Shown here in pieces: positions 35,933-45,870 of a stretch of 64,000 bases of DNA (positions are counted from its first letter, which is position 1; every line of letters begins with the position of its first letter). A program made the position numbers and the translations under genes. The notes under the pieces were generated by a model. That model saw only the letters and a program-made list of their open reading frames with translations, was not told the DNA's origin and did no database searches. The stretch covers positions 831 to 64,830 of the forward strand of contig CALGPJ010000005.1 in assembly GCA_937960645.1 (NCBI GenBank), in the 5' to 3' direction. Source of the stretch: an uncultured Spirochaetia bacterium. GTDB taxonomy: Bacteria > Spirochaetota > Spirochaetia > JABEVK01.

Positions 35933-37765
35933 CTAATGCCGGATCCTCACAATCCGGAAGCTCATCCGTGAAGTTTCCCCACTATTCAAATTCAGCGGCC
36001 ACAAAAACAAAAGACGGTAAAAATCTCCCAGGTCCGGCCGAACGCGAACACCTTTGAGGGTACACGGTGAGTCGGTGTGAATAGAAAAAATTGCCTTGTT
36101 CCGATCGTTCGTGACCGCATGCTCTAAAACATCGGCCAGATCGAAACTTTTTTCTTCCGCGATGTTGAGCCGAAACTCCGTCCCGAAATGACCTTCCAAC
36201 TTTAACGGTCCTTGATTCTGAACCGAATACTGCACCGACCATTCGCCTTCCTGAAAAACGAAGCTCTTGTCGATTTTGACCATGAGATCGGGCCCATGCG
36301 TTTTGACAGCACCCCGCCAACTCAAACTCAATTCGTTTTTATCCCGCTCGATCGAACCTACTTTATATTCCTTGTTCCACAATTTGTCGAAAAGGGGCTC
36401 CGTTCCCATCCTCAGCTCCTCCAGGCTGGGAGATCCCCCCCAATAATCCGCTAAAATATAGCGGCGATCTTCCTTGCTTTCATACGAGGGTGCCCAGGAA
36501 AGATTGAGCTTTTTCTCGACCAGATCCCAATCGACGACCTGGCCGCCGTTGGTGGTAATGACGAGGTTGAGGGACTTGCTTTTGAACAAGTACTCGGTGT
36601 GCGAATCCAGGTTGAAGTCCTGCCGAAGCAGCGTCGGTGCAAAGGCGGGTCCCCGCCCGATGGTCTCTGCGGATATCAATTTTTCCATTGCATAGTTTTT
36701 GAACCCGCGATCGAGGTTATTCAGATTGTCCCAGGTGCAGTAAAAATGGTGGTCCTGAGAAAGATATAACTCCTCCAGGGCGGATTCCTTGCGGTACTTG
36801 TCGCCCTTGACCATCCATGTCTGGAAGCTCACATGAACCATTTTCGTATAGAGTTGATTGAACCCCCGAGTGGCACTCAGAATCTGCTTGAAACTCGAGC
36901 GGGCCTTGGCGTGCTCCTGGGGCGGCAGGTCAGCGCCCGCCTCCGTTATCTCCAGATAGCCTGGTGTCGGGAAAAAATAGTGGTGACCCGGCCCATGCTG
37001 ACGCTTCATGAATTGATTGGGCAAAAGGCTCTCGATACGGTCAAAACGGTCTCGCGCCTGATTGATGAACGTCTTGAACGTCTCTTCGGAAAAGGTTCGC
37101 TGTCCATTCCAAAAAAGCCCGATACAGTGGTTTTTTTGGGCATTTTCCGATTCGAATAGCTGATCGACAAGATCCCAAAGCTCCGCATGATCGCCTTCCT
37201 GAAGTTTCCTGCCGAGTTTGAACGAGAAGGGCAGGACGCTCAGGGTGTGTCCCTGGGCCTCGGTAAGGCTGACCCGGTATATCGAGCGCACGTCCTCCAC
37301 ACCGATCCTCTGAAATGCCTCGATGGGCAGAAAGGTATATTCAATTCCGGACTGTTGGAGAACGGGGGGGAGACTTTCGTCCCAGACACCGCGCGTCAGC
37401 CACAACCCACGGGGTTTTCTTGAAAAAGTCTTACTGATCAGCGTCGCTAATTTTTCTATCTGGAGAAGTCGGTCTTTATGAAAGATCAAAGGCAAAAGAG
37501 GGGCACTGTAGCCACCGCCCAAAACCTCCATGCGTTTCGCCTTGACGAGTTCATCGACCACACGGATGAGCTCCGGGTGATATTCCTTCATCCATTCGAT
37601 AAAGGGCCCGGAGAAATAAAGACTGAAGCAAAAGTCCTTGGTGCTGTACGCCTGTGAAACCAGGGGTTTCAAATTTCCGGTATAGTAGTTTTCCAGTTCT
37701 TCGTTGCTCCAGGCAACAGGGGGATGAAAATAGGCGCCTAAGAGAAGACAGACCTTCGGCCTCAC
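35933..37765 (-). CDS. GH57 (alpha-amylase/4-alpha-glucanotransferase)-like protein with degenerate active-site motifs
   Basis: SLYFSGP, EVLGGGYSAPLLPLI, PRGLWL...VWD, GIEYTFL, DFNLD. GTG overlaps the upstream stop. Confidence 0.75.
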   Translation of the reverse strand: MRPKVCLLLGAYFHPPVAWSNEELENYYTGNLKPLVSQAYSTKDFCFSLYFSGPFIEWMKEYHPELIRVVDELVKAKRMEVLGGGYSAPLLPLIFHKDRLLQIEKLATLISKTFSRKPRGLWLTRGVWDESLPPVLQQSGIEYTFLPIEAFQRIGVEDVRSIYRVSLTEAQGHTLSVLPFSFKLGRKLQEGDHAELWDLVDQLFESENAQKNHCIGLFWNGQRTFSEETFKTFINQARDRFDRIESLLPNQFMKRQHGPGHHYFFPTPGYLEITEAGADLPPQEHAKARSSFKQILSATRGFNQLYTKMVHVSFQTWMVKGDKYRKESALEELYLSQDHHFYCTWDNLNNLDRGFKNYAMEKLISAETIGRGPAFAPTLLRQDFNLDSHTEYLFKSKSLNLVITTNGGQVVDWDLVEKKLNLSWAPSYESKEDRRYILADYWGGSPSLEELRMGTEPLFDKLWNKEYKVGSIERDKNELSLSWRGAVKTHGPDLMVKIDKSFVFQEGEWSVQYSVQNQGPLKLEGHFGTEFRLNIAEEKSFDLADVLEHAVTNDRNKAIFSIHTDSPCTLKGVRVRPDLGDFYRLLFLWPLNLNSGETSRMSFRIVRIRH

Positions 37766-38292
37766 ATTCGACCTGCCCCGAAATGAAACAATCCAAAGCC
37801 CGTAGCCGCAAGGGCAAAACTGAGCATCAGGAGGCTGAATCGAGCGCCAGAGGGAATCTCATCGGGTAAAAACCGTGACACCTCCCTCAGAATGACAAGA
37901 GAAATCAAATAGCCCAGCGAAACGGTGAAACACGCAAAGAGGGCTTGTCCCAGATCCGTCAAATTCATCAGGAGCAAGGACGTCCCCAGGGCGGCGGTTT
38001 GTGCTAGCAGGGGAAGAAGCTGATTTTCCTCGGTTTCGAACAAGCCGAAGAGAAGCCAGAGCACCAGGGCGGCCGTCGGCAGAATCAGGGGGACCATCCA
38101 GTTCCAGTCTACGGGAAGGGTTAGGCGGATTATCGTCATCAGGACGCTGGCCAGGAGATTCCAGCCCCAAAGACGCAAGACATCGGCAAAGCGAAACCTT
38201 TCTTGAAATCCCAGGACTTCCAGACCGATGCCCTTGATGAAGAAGATATTCGCTCCCAGAACGAGGGAAACATGGAGGAACCACAGATTCAT
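37762..38292 (-). CDS. RnfA/RnfE-like integral membrane protein (divergent)
   Basis: About 6 TM segments. NIFFIKGIG, LLPLLAQTAALG, LRE..R...IP pattern. Follows the RnfD-like gene with an ATGA overlap. Confidence 0.55.
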   Translation of the reverse strand: MNLWFLHVSLVLGANIFFIKGIGLEVLGFQERFRFADVLRLWGWNLLASVLMTIIRLTLPVDWNWMVPLILPTAALVLWLLFGLFETEENQLLPLLAQTAALGTSLLLMNLTDLGQALFACFTVSLGYLISLVILREVSRFLPDEIPSGARFSLLMLSFALAATGFGLFHFGAGRM

Positions 38293-39317
38293 AGATGATT
38301 CCTCTTGAGTAAAAGCAGCAGGGAGTCGTTTTTGTGGTATATTTCGTCGACCGCCACTCTCTCGAAGAGACGTTGGGTCAGCCAGAGCAGGAGTGATGTC
38401 CCCAGGACCGCCGTGTATGCGTTGACCAAACACCCCAAAAAGCACAATAGCCCTGCAAACAGACCCAGGACGAATCGGGCCCATTTGCCCAGGGGTAATT
38501 GCCGATAATCCGAAAGGTTCCATAAAAGCGGCACCATGAAACTGCCATTGAAGAGAAGAAAAAGTGCGTCACTTTCCCAGAAACTTTTTCCCATAGGTAT
38601 TCCAGCAAGTATCAAGTATAACGGAAAAAACACGATCGTAAAGCCTGAAACCGCGATCCAGGTGAGGTGTCCCCGCGCCCACAGATAAAAAAAACCAAAA
38701 ATCAGGAGGATCCATCCCCTGTCGGCCGGAATCACCGAGTCGGCCCCCTTTAGGGCGTCGACGTATCCGACGGGCATATTGGCCCCTGCCAGGATAAGGA
38801 TGTTGTTGATCCTATCCGTGATCGCCTTGTCGTCACTGCCGGGCTCGATGCCTGCAAGGCCAATACTGTCTCCCACCACCCCCTCGTTCACTTTTTGATA
38901 GTATCGAAACAGCGGGGCCTCGACCTGCTGGAAAAGCAGGGGCCAGGCAAGCACAGCCATCCCGACGACAAGGGAAAAAGCCGGCAGTCTTGGCCGGAAA
39001 TACAGCAAAGCCCCCAGACCGACACTCAGCAACACCCCCAGTATTGAGGGGAAGGTCAGCGGCAGAACCAGGTAGAGCACAAGTCCATAGGGAAGATTTT
39101 GCAGGAACCAACTGAGGACCTCTTCTTTTTTTCTGAAAAAAGAGAAAATTAAGGGGCCGGCGACTCCGTGTAAGAAAACGGTGACGAGGGTGAAAATGTC
39201 GTTGAGCCCGATCAGGATTCCCAGCAATAATACGATGACGATCTCGAGACTTCGGTTGAATACCGTACGAAAAATGAAGGCCTGCGGCGGAAAATTCCCG
39301 CCTTTCTCCTGTTTCAT
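38289..39317 (-). CDS. RnfD-like integral membrane protein (divergent)
   Basis: Multi-TM with a central soluble loop, YLWARG..TW, and LSDY..LP....R...G..AG pattern. ATGA overlap with the RnfC-like gene. Confidence 0.65.
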   Translation of the reverse strand: MKQEKGGNFPPQAFIFRTVFNRSLEIVIVLLLGILIGLNDIFTLVTVFLHGVAGPLIFSFFRKKEEVLSWFLQNLPYGLVLYLVLPLTFPSILGVLLSVGLGALLYFRPRLPAFSLVVGMAVLAWPLLFQQVEAPLFRYYQKVNEGVVGDSIGLAGIEPGSDDKAITDRINNILILAGANMPVGYVDALKGADSVIPADRGWILLIFGFFYLWARGHLTWIAVSGFTIVFFPLYLILAGIPMGKSFWESDALFLLFNGSFMVPLLWNLSDYRQLPLGKWARFVLGLFAGLLCFLGCLVNAYTAVLGTSLLLWLTQRLFERVAVDEIYHKNDSLLLLLKRNHL

Positions 39318-40546
39318 TGGTTCCTCCTTTCCTGTCGAAACCTCTGCAGGAGGGGGATCCGCGAGGGACAAACCGAAGAGCATATTCCGCATTCCAGACA
39401 CCGTTGCAGCTCCGGCCTCAACTCCTGAAACCCGTCTTTCACCTCGAGTCCTTCAAACAGTCGAATCGGGTTGATGCCTACAGGGCAGGAATCGACGCAG
39501 GCCGAGCAGCGGATGCAGGGCTGTTGCTCGGCTATTCGAGTTTCATGAGGGTTCAAGACCAGTATGGACCGTGTGGTGATCGTGATCATGGTGTCGGTCT
39601 GAAGGCGATATCCGCTGAAAGGCCCGCCCCAAATCACGGAATGTTCTCCGGAAGAACTGACGCCGCACTCCTCCAGCAAGTTCGATACAAGTGTCCCAAC
39701 CTTTACCCTGTAAACTTTGGGTTGGGCGACCCCAGACCCGGACACGGTCACGAAAGATTCTACCTGAGGACGGGAGTACCGAGCCAGCAAGGATAATGCC
39801 ACCAGGCTGTCGGCATCGATGACAAGGCTCGTTTCCGAGTTGGAAAGGAGTTTACTGTGAGCCGCAGGATACTCGGCATCATGCCAGGTGACGGTGTAGG
39901 TGCCACTCCCGAATTTGCTGATGACCCTGGCAGCGTAATCCTTGGGGCGTTTGTGCACGGCAAACTCGATTACCTCGGGGCTGTATAGCTTTTTAAGGAT
40001 TTTGATCCCGGTCACTATGTTCTGATCCTCGTAGAGGCACAGGTGGTACCAATTCGTCTGGTAAGGTTCCGGCTGAAGCAAATTGACGATCACCTTCTTT
40101 ATTCGTGCTCTGGGGTCCAGATGGAAAGGCGGTTCCAGGGCACTCGAGGTCGCCAAAAAGTTATAGTACTCCAGCATCTCGAACAGACGGGTGGAATTCC
40201 ACTCCTCCCATGGTTGGGGATTGACCGATTTTCCCGTTCTTTTGAAAGCCCCCTCCAGAGCGATGGCCGCAACGGTGGATTCCGTACCATCAGGAAGAAC
40301 CATACTGGTAACCTTGACAACCCGGCCGGGAATGGGTGAAAAAACCCTGCCCTGCGGTCCCTGTCCGATGATTTGTTCTTCCTCGACCCAATCCCCGGTT
40401 TTGATGAGCCACTCCCCCCCTGTCCCGACGTTCAGCCCCAAGGTCAGCACCGCCACCTGAGGCAGGGCAGCATTTACCAAGCCGTGTCTTTGTGTCAATT
40501 CAAGAAATGGGTCGATCTTGAGCCTCGATTCCATGTGCCGCGTCAT
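39314..40546 (-). CDS. RnfC-like protein (barrel-sandwich, SLBB, 2x[4Fe-4S])
   Basis: FSPIPGRV, NLLQPEPYQT, VTVSG, VKVGT, GGPFSG, CIRCSACVDSCP, CLECGICSSVCPSRIPL. Confidence 0.8.
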   Translation of the reverse strand: MTRHMESRLKIDPFLELTQRHGLVNAALPQVAVLTLGLNVGTGGEWLIKTGDWVEEEQIIGQGPQGRVFSPIPGRVVKVTSMVLPDGTESTVAAIALEGAFKRTGKSVNPQPWEEWNSTRLFEMLEYYNFLATSSALEPPFHLDPRARIKKVIVNLLQPEPYQTNWYHLCLYEDQNIVTGIKILKKLYSPEVIEFAVHKRPKDYAARVISKFGSGTYTVTWHDAEYPAAHSKLLSNSETSLVIDADSLVALSLLARYSRPQVESFVTVSGSGVAQPKVYRVKVGTLVSNLLEECGVSSSGEHSVIWGGPFSGYRLQTDTMITITTRSILVLNPHETRIAEQQPCIRCSACVDSCPVGINPIRLFEGLEVKDGFQELRPELQRCLECGICSSVCPSRIPLLQRFRQERRNQ

Positions 40547-42018
40547 GCTGCCTGCCTCCTCTGTTGCCCCTCGGCTGCCGATCGCCGCCTTTTAACGAAC
40601 TGCGGATTCCCATACAACAAGGATAAAACGATGATCCCCAAAAGGCTCAAAGCCGGAAAGATCGATGGCGATGTCATTATCCGTACTTCTGTGGCTGGCG
40701 AGAGTGTATACTCCGTGTCGCCGATTCCGATCAAATTCCCTAATCCTAAAGCCCCTCCCCTTTTGGCGGCCTCTTCCCTCCACTTCTGATCAAACGGCAA
40801 AATCACCGCATATTCTTCACGAATGTTTTTGCCTTCGCGCCGGTAAAACGGCTGAGTGAGAGGTTTTTCCTCCGGATTTCCGAACTCCACGCCATAAGGA
40901 AAGGCCTCCTGAAAAATCAAATGTGCCAGAAACAACCTCGGCCCGGGAATTCCCTGTCGCAGTTCGATCTCGAAAGATTCCTCACCGCTCAGCTGGGAGG
41001 GCCGGGGTACCTTGATCCAGGGCGGCATCAATTCGACCCGCTCCGTGCCGCTCAACAGCAATGACGGCAAGACAGTTCCCAGCGCCAAAAGAGTTCTTAC
41101 CCTGTCACGGAAACCCGGTTGGCGTGACCTGAGCTCCATGGGCACAAAGAGACGATGCTCGAGCTCGCTGAGCTTTCTTCGCCAATGACGTTGGACGAAC
41201 ATCAAAAAGAGCGCGTGAACCCCTAACAATAAAAAGAATTCCAATATATTTACAACAACCGTCAGGAATTCCGAAGTGAAAAGACTCACGAAACCGGCGG
41301 CCGGTATCAAAAGAAAAAGCCTGGGGATGGTGAATATGGTAAATATGTCGGCTTTTTTCAATGGCCCATCGCGTTGCCTTTTTTCCAACCAATGCCGCAA
41401 CAGATCGAGCACCAGAACCATGAACAGGGAGGCCGCATAAAGACTCAAGAGCCCTCTTTCGCCAACCAAACACAGGTAAAGGATTCCGATGCCCCAAAGC
41501 GCCCACAGCCAGGGGCGAAGCAGTCGCCGAACTCCCAAGCCGATCAGAAACAGGAAGATGGAAAACGCGGCGATCGAAAGGGGAAGCTGGGTCACCCTCC
41601 TTTCTTCCAATTGACTGCCGGGTTGGTGCCAGTGGAATCCATGCCGGCCGAGCCAATCACCAAAGCCCTGGTTCCATCGCGATGCGTGCACATATATCCA
41701 GAAACCATGGTGATCGCTTATAAAGAGCTTGGGCACATTCCTGAGAAAGGGATCCCACCGGGGATCTGTCGGGTGAAGCCTCTGGCTGATTGCCGAGACC
41801 GGAATGATTTCGAATCTGCTGAAGTCGTGAAAAGACACCAGCGCGAGGCTGGGGGAAAGCACCCCCTCCCAACCCTGCTCCCTGACCAACTGCGCCAGCC
41901 TGTTTTCATCCTCGGGAGAACCTCCGACAAATATCGGTTTCCAGTTTTCCCAGGCTTGAATTGTCAAGGGAAGGAGCAACAGAACCACCATGGGCAAACT
42001 TTTTTCCAAATACATCAC
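40543..42018 (-). CDS. hypothetical multi-pass membrane protein
   Basis: Signal peptide, soluble domain, about 7 TM. Tightly coupled to both neighbours. Confidence 0.7.
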   Translation of the reverse strand: MMYLEKSLPMVVLLLLPLTIQAWENWKPIFVGGSPEDENRLAQLVREQGWEGVLSPSLALVSFHDFSRFEIIPVSAISQRLHPTDPRWDPFLRNVPKLFISDHHGFWIYVHASRWNQGFGDWLGRHGFHWHQPGSQLEERRVTQLPLSIAAFSIFLFLIGLGVRRLLRPWLWALWGIGILYLCLVGERGLLSLYAASLFMVLVLDLLRHWLEKRQRDGPLKKADIFTIFTIPRLFLLIPAAGFVSLFTSEFLTVVVNILEFFLLLGVHALFLMFVQRHWRRKLSELEHRLFVPMELRSRQPGFRDRVRTLLALGTVLPSLLLSGTERVELMPPWIKVPRPSQLSGEESFEIELRQGIPGPRLFLAHLIFQEAFPYGVEFGNPEEKPLTQPFYRREGKNIREEYAVILPFDQKWREEAAKRGGALGLGNLIGIGDTEYTLSPATEVRIMTSPSIFPALSLLGIIVLSLLYGNPQFVKRRRSAAEGQQRRQAA

Positions 42019-42020
42019 TC

Positions 42021-42500
42021 CTAGAGGTTCGTGTACGCAATCCCGAGAAAGATTCCCAGAATGATGCCGACAAAGACCTCGGCCGCCTTGTGTCCGTTGA
42101 TTTCTTTGACATGCTTATACGCCATGCCGTGTTTTTGATTGAGGTCCGTGATGATTTGGTTCAGAACCTTGGCCTGGAGTCCAGCGGCCCGGCGAACACC
42201 CAGGGCATCACGAATCGCCAGGAGCGAAAAAAAAAGAGAAACACCGAACAAGGTGCTGGTGACGCCCTCCTGAAACCCCACCACAGTGGTCACCGCCGAC
42301 ACCACGGCCGAATGGCTGGAGGGCATGCCCCCGGTAGACCACAGAAAGGTCACAATCAATCCTTTTCCCAGGCGAGAATTGTACTTCAGAATCGCGATCA
42401 GCGCTTTGATGAATTGTGCCAAAAACCAGGCGGAGATCCCAGCCAATATGATAGGCTGAGAAAAAAACGTTCCGAGGTTATCGAAGGGTTGGAGTGGCAC
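42021..42500 (-). CDS. divergent PAP2 (DUF212) family membrane protein
   Basis: AQFIK, TGGMPSSHSA, DALGVRRAAGLQA.VLN, GH...EV..G. Upstream TTGACA-N17-GAAACT-6nt-GTG. Confidence 0.9.
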   Translation of the reverse strand: MPLQPFDNLGTFFSQPIILAGISAWFLAQFIKALIAILKYNSRLGKGLIVTFLWSTGGMPSSHSAVVSAVTTVVGFQEGVTSTLFGVSLFFSLLAIRDALGVRRAAGLQAKVLNQIITDLNQKHGMAYKHVKEINGHKAAEVFVGIILGIFLGIAYTNL

Positions 42501-42580
42501 AAGCCTAGTTTCCTTCCTTGGCTTTTTTTTGTCAAGACTGAGTTGATCTTTGATAGGAACCCAAGTAATCTATCATTGGA

Positions 42581-43357
42581 ATGATCAACCGTACCAAGAG
42601 CGAATGGGCTCTGGCTAGAGATACGATCCTCACTGCCTACAAGGATTTTTTTTTCTGGCTGTACATGGGGCATTTTCCAGCCCGGGAAATTTGGAATCAA
42701 TTTCGCCAGGTCATCAACGATGGATGGCTAACGGTGTTCTGGGGCAGTGTGGTCCAGGGTATCTTCGTCATGTGGTTGGGGGGCTTCTATGGTGAGCAGT
42801 TCGGAGGGTATCGTTGGCTGGGGACCATCACGGTATTCGCCGTCTTACGGGAATTTTCTGTCCTGATGACCAGCGTCCTGTTTGCGGCGCGTATCGGAAC
42901 GGCTTTTACCGTCGAAGTCGGTTCCATGCAAATGACCGAACAAATCGCCGCCTTGAAAATCATGGATGTGGAACCGCATACATACCTGGTGATTCCTCGG
43001 GTTCTGGCCTCGACTCTCGCTCTACCGGTTTTCGTGGGCTTCAGCTTCGGGGTGGCCATCATCTCCAGCTGGATGCTCTCCGACATCTTCTGGGACATCA
43101 GTTTCCAGCAATTTTTCCTCAATGCATTCAACTACATCGGAGGAGACATCGTCACCAACTCCCTGGTTCGATCTTTCATCATCGGTTTCGTGCTTTCCCT
43201 CAATGCCGTTGGTCTGGGTTTTTACCCCTGTGACGGCGCGCAGGAACTGGGGCGGACCACCACCAAGAGCATGGTGGTCAACATCTTTTCCCTTCTTTTG
43301 ATCGATTTGGCTATCGGCATGGCCAGTACCCAGCTCTCGATGGGAGCTCCCTCGTGA
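42581..43357 (+). CDS. mlaE: MlaE-family ABC permease
   Basis: LREF...MT..LFAARIG.AFT.EVGSMQMTEQI.AL.IM...P..YLV.PR, G.TTTKS.V. Confidence 0.9.
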   Translation: MINRTKSEWALARDTILTAYKDFFFWLYMGHFPAREIWNQFRQVINDGWLTVFWGSVVQGIFVMWLGGFYGEQFGGYRWLGTITVFAVLREFSVLMTSVLFAARIGTAFTVEVGSMQMTEQIAALKIMDVEPHTYLVIPRVLASTLALPVFVGFSFGVAIISSWMLSDIFWDISFQQFFLNAFNYIGGDIVTNSLVRSFIIGFVLSLNAVGLGFYPCDGAQELGRTTTKSMVVNIFSLLLIDLAIGMASTQLSMGAPS

Positions 43358-44112
43358 TCGTGGCCGAAGACTTGTGGGTCAAATTCGGCTCCAAAGAGGT
43401 GCTCAAGGGACTGAACATCGAAATCCCGGAGGGCCGCACCACGGTGATCCTCGGCAAAAGCGGTATCGGCAAGTCGGTCCTTTTGAAGTGTATCCTCGGT
43501 CTCCTGCAACCCGTCAGTGGCCGGATTTTCATCGACGGTTCCGAGTTTCTGAGTGCGGGCAAGGCCCAAAAAAAGCAAATGACTGCCTGCATTGGTATGC
43601 TGCTACAAAACGGGGCCCTCTTCGACAGTATGAACGTGGAAGAAAACATCGCGTTTCCGCTGGCCTATCACAAAAAGGCACCCCCTGCCGAAATCCGCAG
43701 GAAGGTTCTGGAATACGCCGAATTGGTCGGTATACAAGACAGCCTTCACCTGATGCCCAAGGACCTCTCGGGGGGAATGCGGCGCAAGGTGGCGCTCGCC
43801 CGCGCCATCATGCTCCAACCCCGATACTTGTTTTACGACGAACCGACCACCGGACTCGATCCCACATCCAGTGCCATCGTGGAAATCCTGATCCGTCAGC
43901 TCAAAGAGCAGCTCGATATCACCACCCTCGTGGTGACCCACGACATCGATCTGGTGGCCTTCCTGGGAGAAGATGTTGCCCTTTTGGATGAAGGCAAAAT
44001 ATTATATAAACAGACGAGGGAAGAGGCATTTCGGGAGGATTCACCCATTTACCGCTCCTTCATCGCCAGTCGAAAAAGGATACAGAATGAACAAGGTTTC
44101 ACAAACGATTAA
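43354..44112 (+). CDS. mlaF: MlaF-family ABC ATPase
   Basis: GKSGIGKS, QNGALFDSM, LSGGMRRKVALARA, YDEPTTGLDP. Confidence 0.92.
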   Translation: MIVAEDLWVKFGSKEVLKGLNIEIPEGRTTVILGKSGIGKSVLLKCILGLLQPVSGRIFIDGSEFLSAGKAQKKQMTACIGMLLQNGALFDSMNVEENIAFPLAYHKKAPPAEIRRKVLEYAELVGIQDSLHLMPKDLSGGMRRKVALARAIMLQPRYLFYDEPTTGLDPTSSAIVEILIRQLKEQLDITTLVVTHDIDLVAFLGEDVALLDEGKILYKQTREEAFREDSPIYRSFIASRKRIQNEQGFTND

Positions 44113-44899
44113 GACCATCCTTCTCGTTCTCATCAGTATCCTCACTGTTGTCGTTTTGTATTCGATGATTTTCAGGGTCGATTTTTTCAATACCGGCATC
44201 AACTATTACATGGAGTTCGATCAAATCGGGACCATCGTCACCGGTTCTCCCGTACGTAAGGCCGGAGTCAAGGTGGGCAGCGTGATCGAGGTGAACATTA
44301 ACCCGGAAACCCAAAGGACCGTGTTGCTCCTGGTACGGTTGTTCCCGGGAAACATCATTCGGAAAAGCGATCAAATCTCCATCCTCACCGGCGGCCTATT
44401 GGGGGACCAGTTCATCGACATCCTCCCCGGCGATCCTTCCGCCGAAGCCTATGCCCCTTTTTCGCTGATCAAGGGCCGGCCCAGCTTCGATCTCGCGTCC
44501 ATCGCGGCCACCGGCGAAGACGTTTTGAAGGAAGTCACACGGGTCAGTGCGTTGATCGGCAACCTCATCGACAGAAACTCGGAGTCCATTAGCAATTCCC
44601 TTTCCAACATCGAAAAACTTTCCAAAGACCTCCAGGTCTTAGGCAGGACGGTCAACACCCTGGACACTGAGGTTACCAGAATTTCCAACATGCTCGGTCC
44701 CACCCTGGAAAGCATCCAGAAAACAGCCGTTCAAATCGAGTCCCTGGCAAAGACCCTGAACAGCAGCGAATCGATCTTTGGCTATGTCAACAGACCTTCG
44801 ACCCGTAACAAAATCGACAGCATCCTCACCGAGCTTCAGGAAGTGACACAAAACCTCAATAGTATTACCAAAGAAATCCAATCGGCATTAAAACCCTGA
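44087..44899 (+). CDS. mlaD: MlaD/MCE family protein with a long helical C-terminus
   Basis: One TM, GSPVRKAGVKVGSV, GLLGDQFIDI.PG. Confidence 0.9.
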   Translation: MNKVSQTIKTILLVLISILTVVVLYSMIFRVDFFNTGINYYMEFDQIGTIVTGSPVRKAGVKVGSVIEVNINPETQRTVLLLVRLFPGNIIRKSDQISILTGGLLGDQFIDILPGDPSAEAYAPFSLIKGRPSFDLASIAATGEDVLKEVTRVSALIGNLIDRNSESISNSLSNIEKLSKDLQVLGRTVNTLDTEVTRISNMLGPTLESIQKTAVQIESLAKTLNSSESIFGYVNRPSTRNKIDSILTELQEVTQNLNSITKEIQSALKP

Positions 44900-45870
44900 T
44901 GGGAAAGCGCCAGACCTTCAAGACCACCAAAGACGACGACGGTAAACGGCTGGACGCCATCTGCCGGCGGATCCTGGCGGGGCTGGGTCTCGGCGTGATT
45001 CAAAAGGCCATCCGCAAGGGCGATATCCGAATCGACGGAAAAAGGGCCCATCCCGACGACCGGGTCCAGGCGGGCAAGATTTTGGAGATTTACGAGCAGC
45101 TTGTGGAAAAGGCACAAAACTCCCCTCCTCGACCTCGCCTTGCGCACAAAAGGCCTCGGCGCTGGAACATGTTGGACCTCGAGGCGATGATCGTGCGCCG
45201 CAACGATCACGTGATCGTTTTTAACAAAGCGCGGGGCGTCCTGGTCCACGGCCCGGACAGCCTGGACAGCCTCGTGAAAACTCACCTGCCCTCGCAGAGT
45301 CTCAGCTTCCAACCGGGCCCCCTCCACCGCCTGGACCAGAACACCTCCGGACTGGTAGTTTTTGGTCTGAGCCTCGAGGCCGCCCGCGTCTTCGACCACC
45401 TTCTCCGGTCGGGGCTCCTGAAAAAGACCTACCTCGCCTTGCTTTGCGGCCAGATGATTCAAAAGAGGGAATGCCGCCTGCCCCTTCTCAAAGACAGCCA
45501 GCGCGGTTTGGTGCAACCCGATCCTTCAGGAAAGCCCTCGGCCACCGACTTCGTCCCACTTCTGGCCAAAAACGGCCTGACCCTGGCTCTGTGCTATCCT
45601 CGAACAGGAAGGACCCACCAGATTCGGGTTCACGCCCAGGCAATCGGCCACCCCCTGGCCGGTGACGGCAAATACGGTGGCGGTAAGTTGGAGGGGGGCT
45701 TTGTCTTGCACGCCTGGCGCCTTCACTATCCAAAAGAGGCTTATTCGGTTTTGGGTCCGGCCCCCCTGATCGCCCATCTGCCCTCCCCCAGCCGGAACAG
45801 CATCCTGACCCGACTCAATGTGACGGCCCAGGAATTGGAAAAAATCCTCGAAAGGCAGGAAGGGCGATGA
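44899..45870 (+). CDS. RluA-family pseudouridine synthase with S4 domain
   Basis: RLD..., HRLDQNTSG, TGRTHQIRVH, GD.KYG. Confidence 0.93.
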   Translation: MGKRQTFKTTKDDDGKRLDAICRRILAGLGLGVIQKAIRKGDIRIDGKRAHPDDRVQAGKILEIYEQLVEKAQNSPPRPRLAHKRPRRWNMLDLEAMIVRRNDHVIVFNKARGVLVHGPDSLDSLVKTHLPSQSLSFQPGPLHRLDQNTSGLVVFGLSLEAARVFDHLLRSGLLKKTYLALLCGQMIQKRECRLPLLKDSQRGLVQPDPSGKPSATDFVPLLAKNGLTLALCYPRTGRTHQIRVHAQAIGHPLAGDGKYGGGKLEGGFVLHAWRLHYPKEAYSVLGPAPLIAHLPSPSRNSILTRLNVTAQELEKILERQEGR

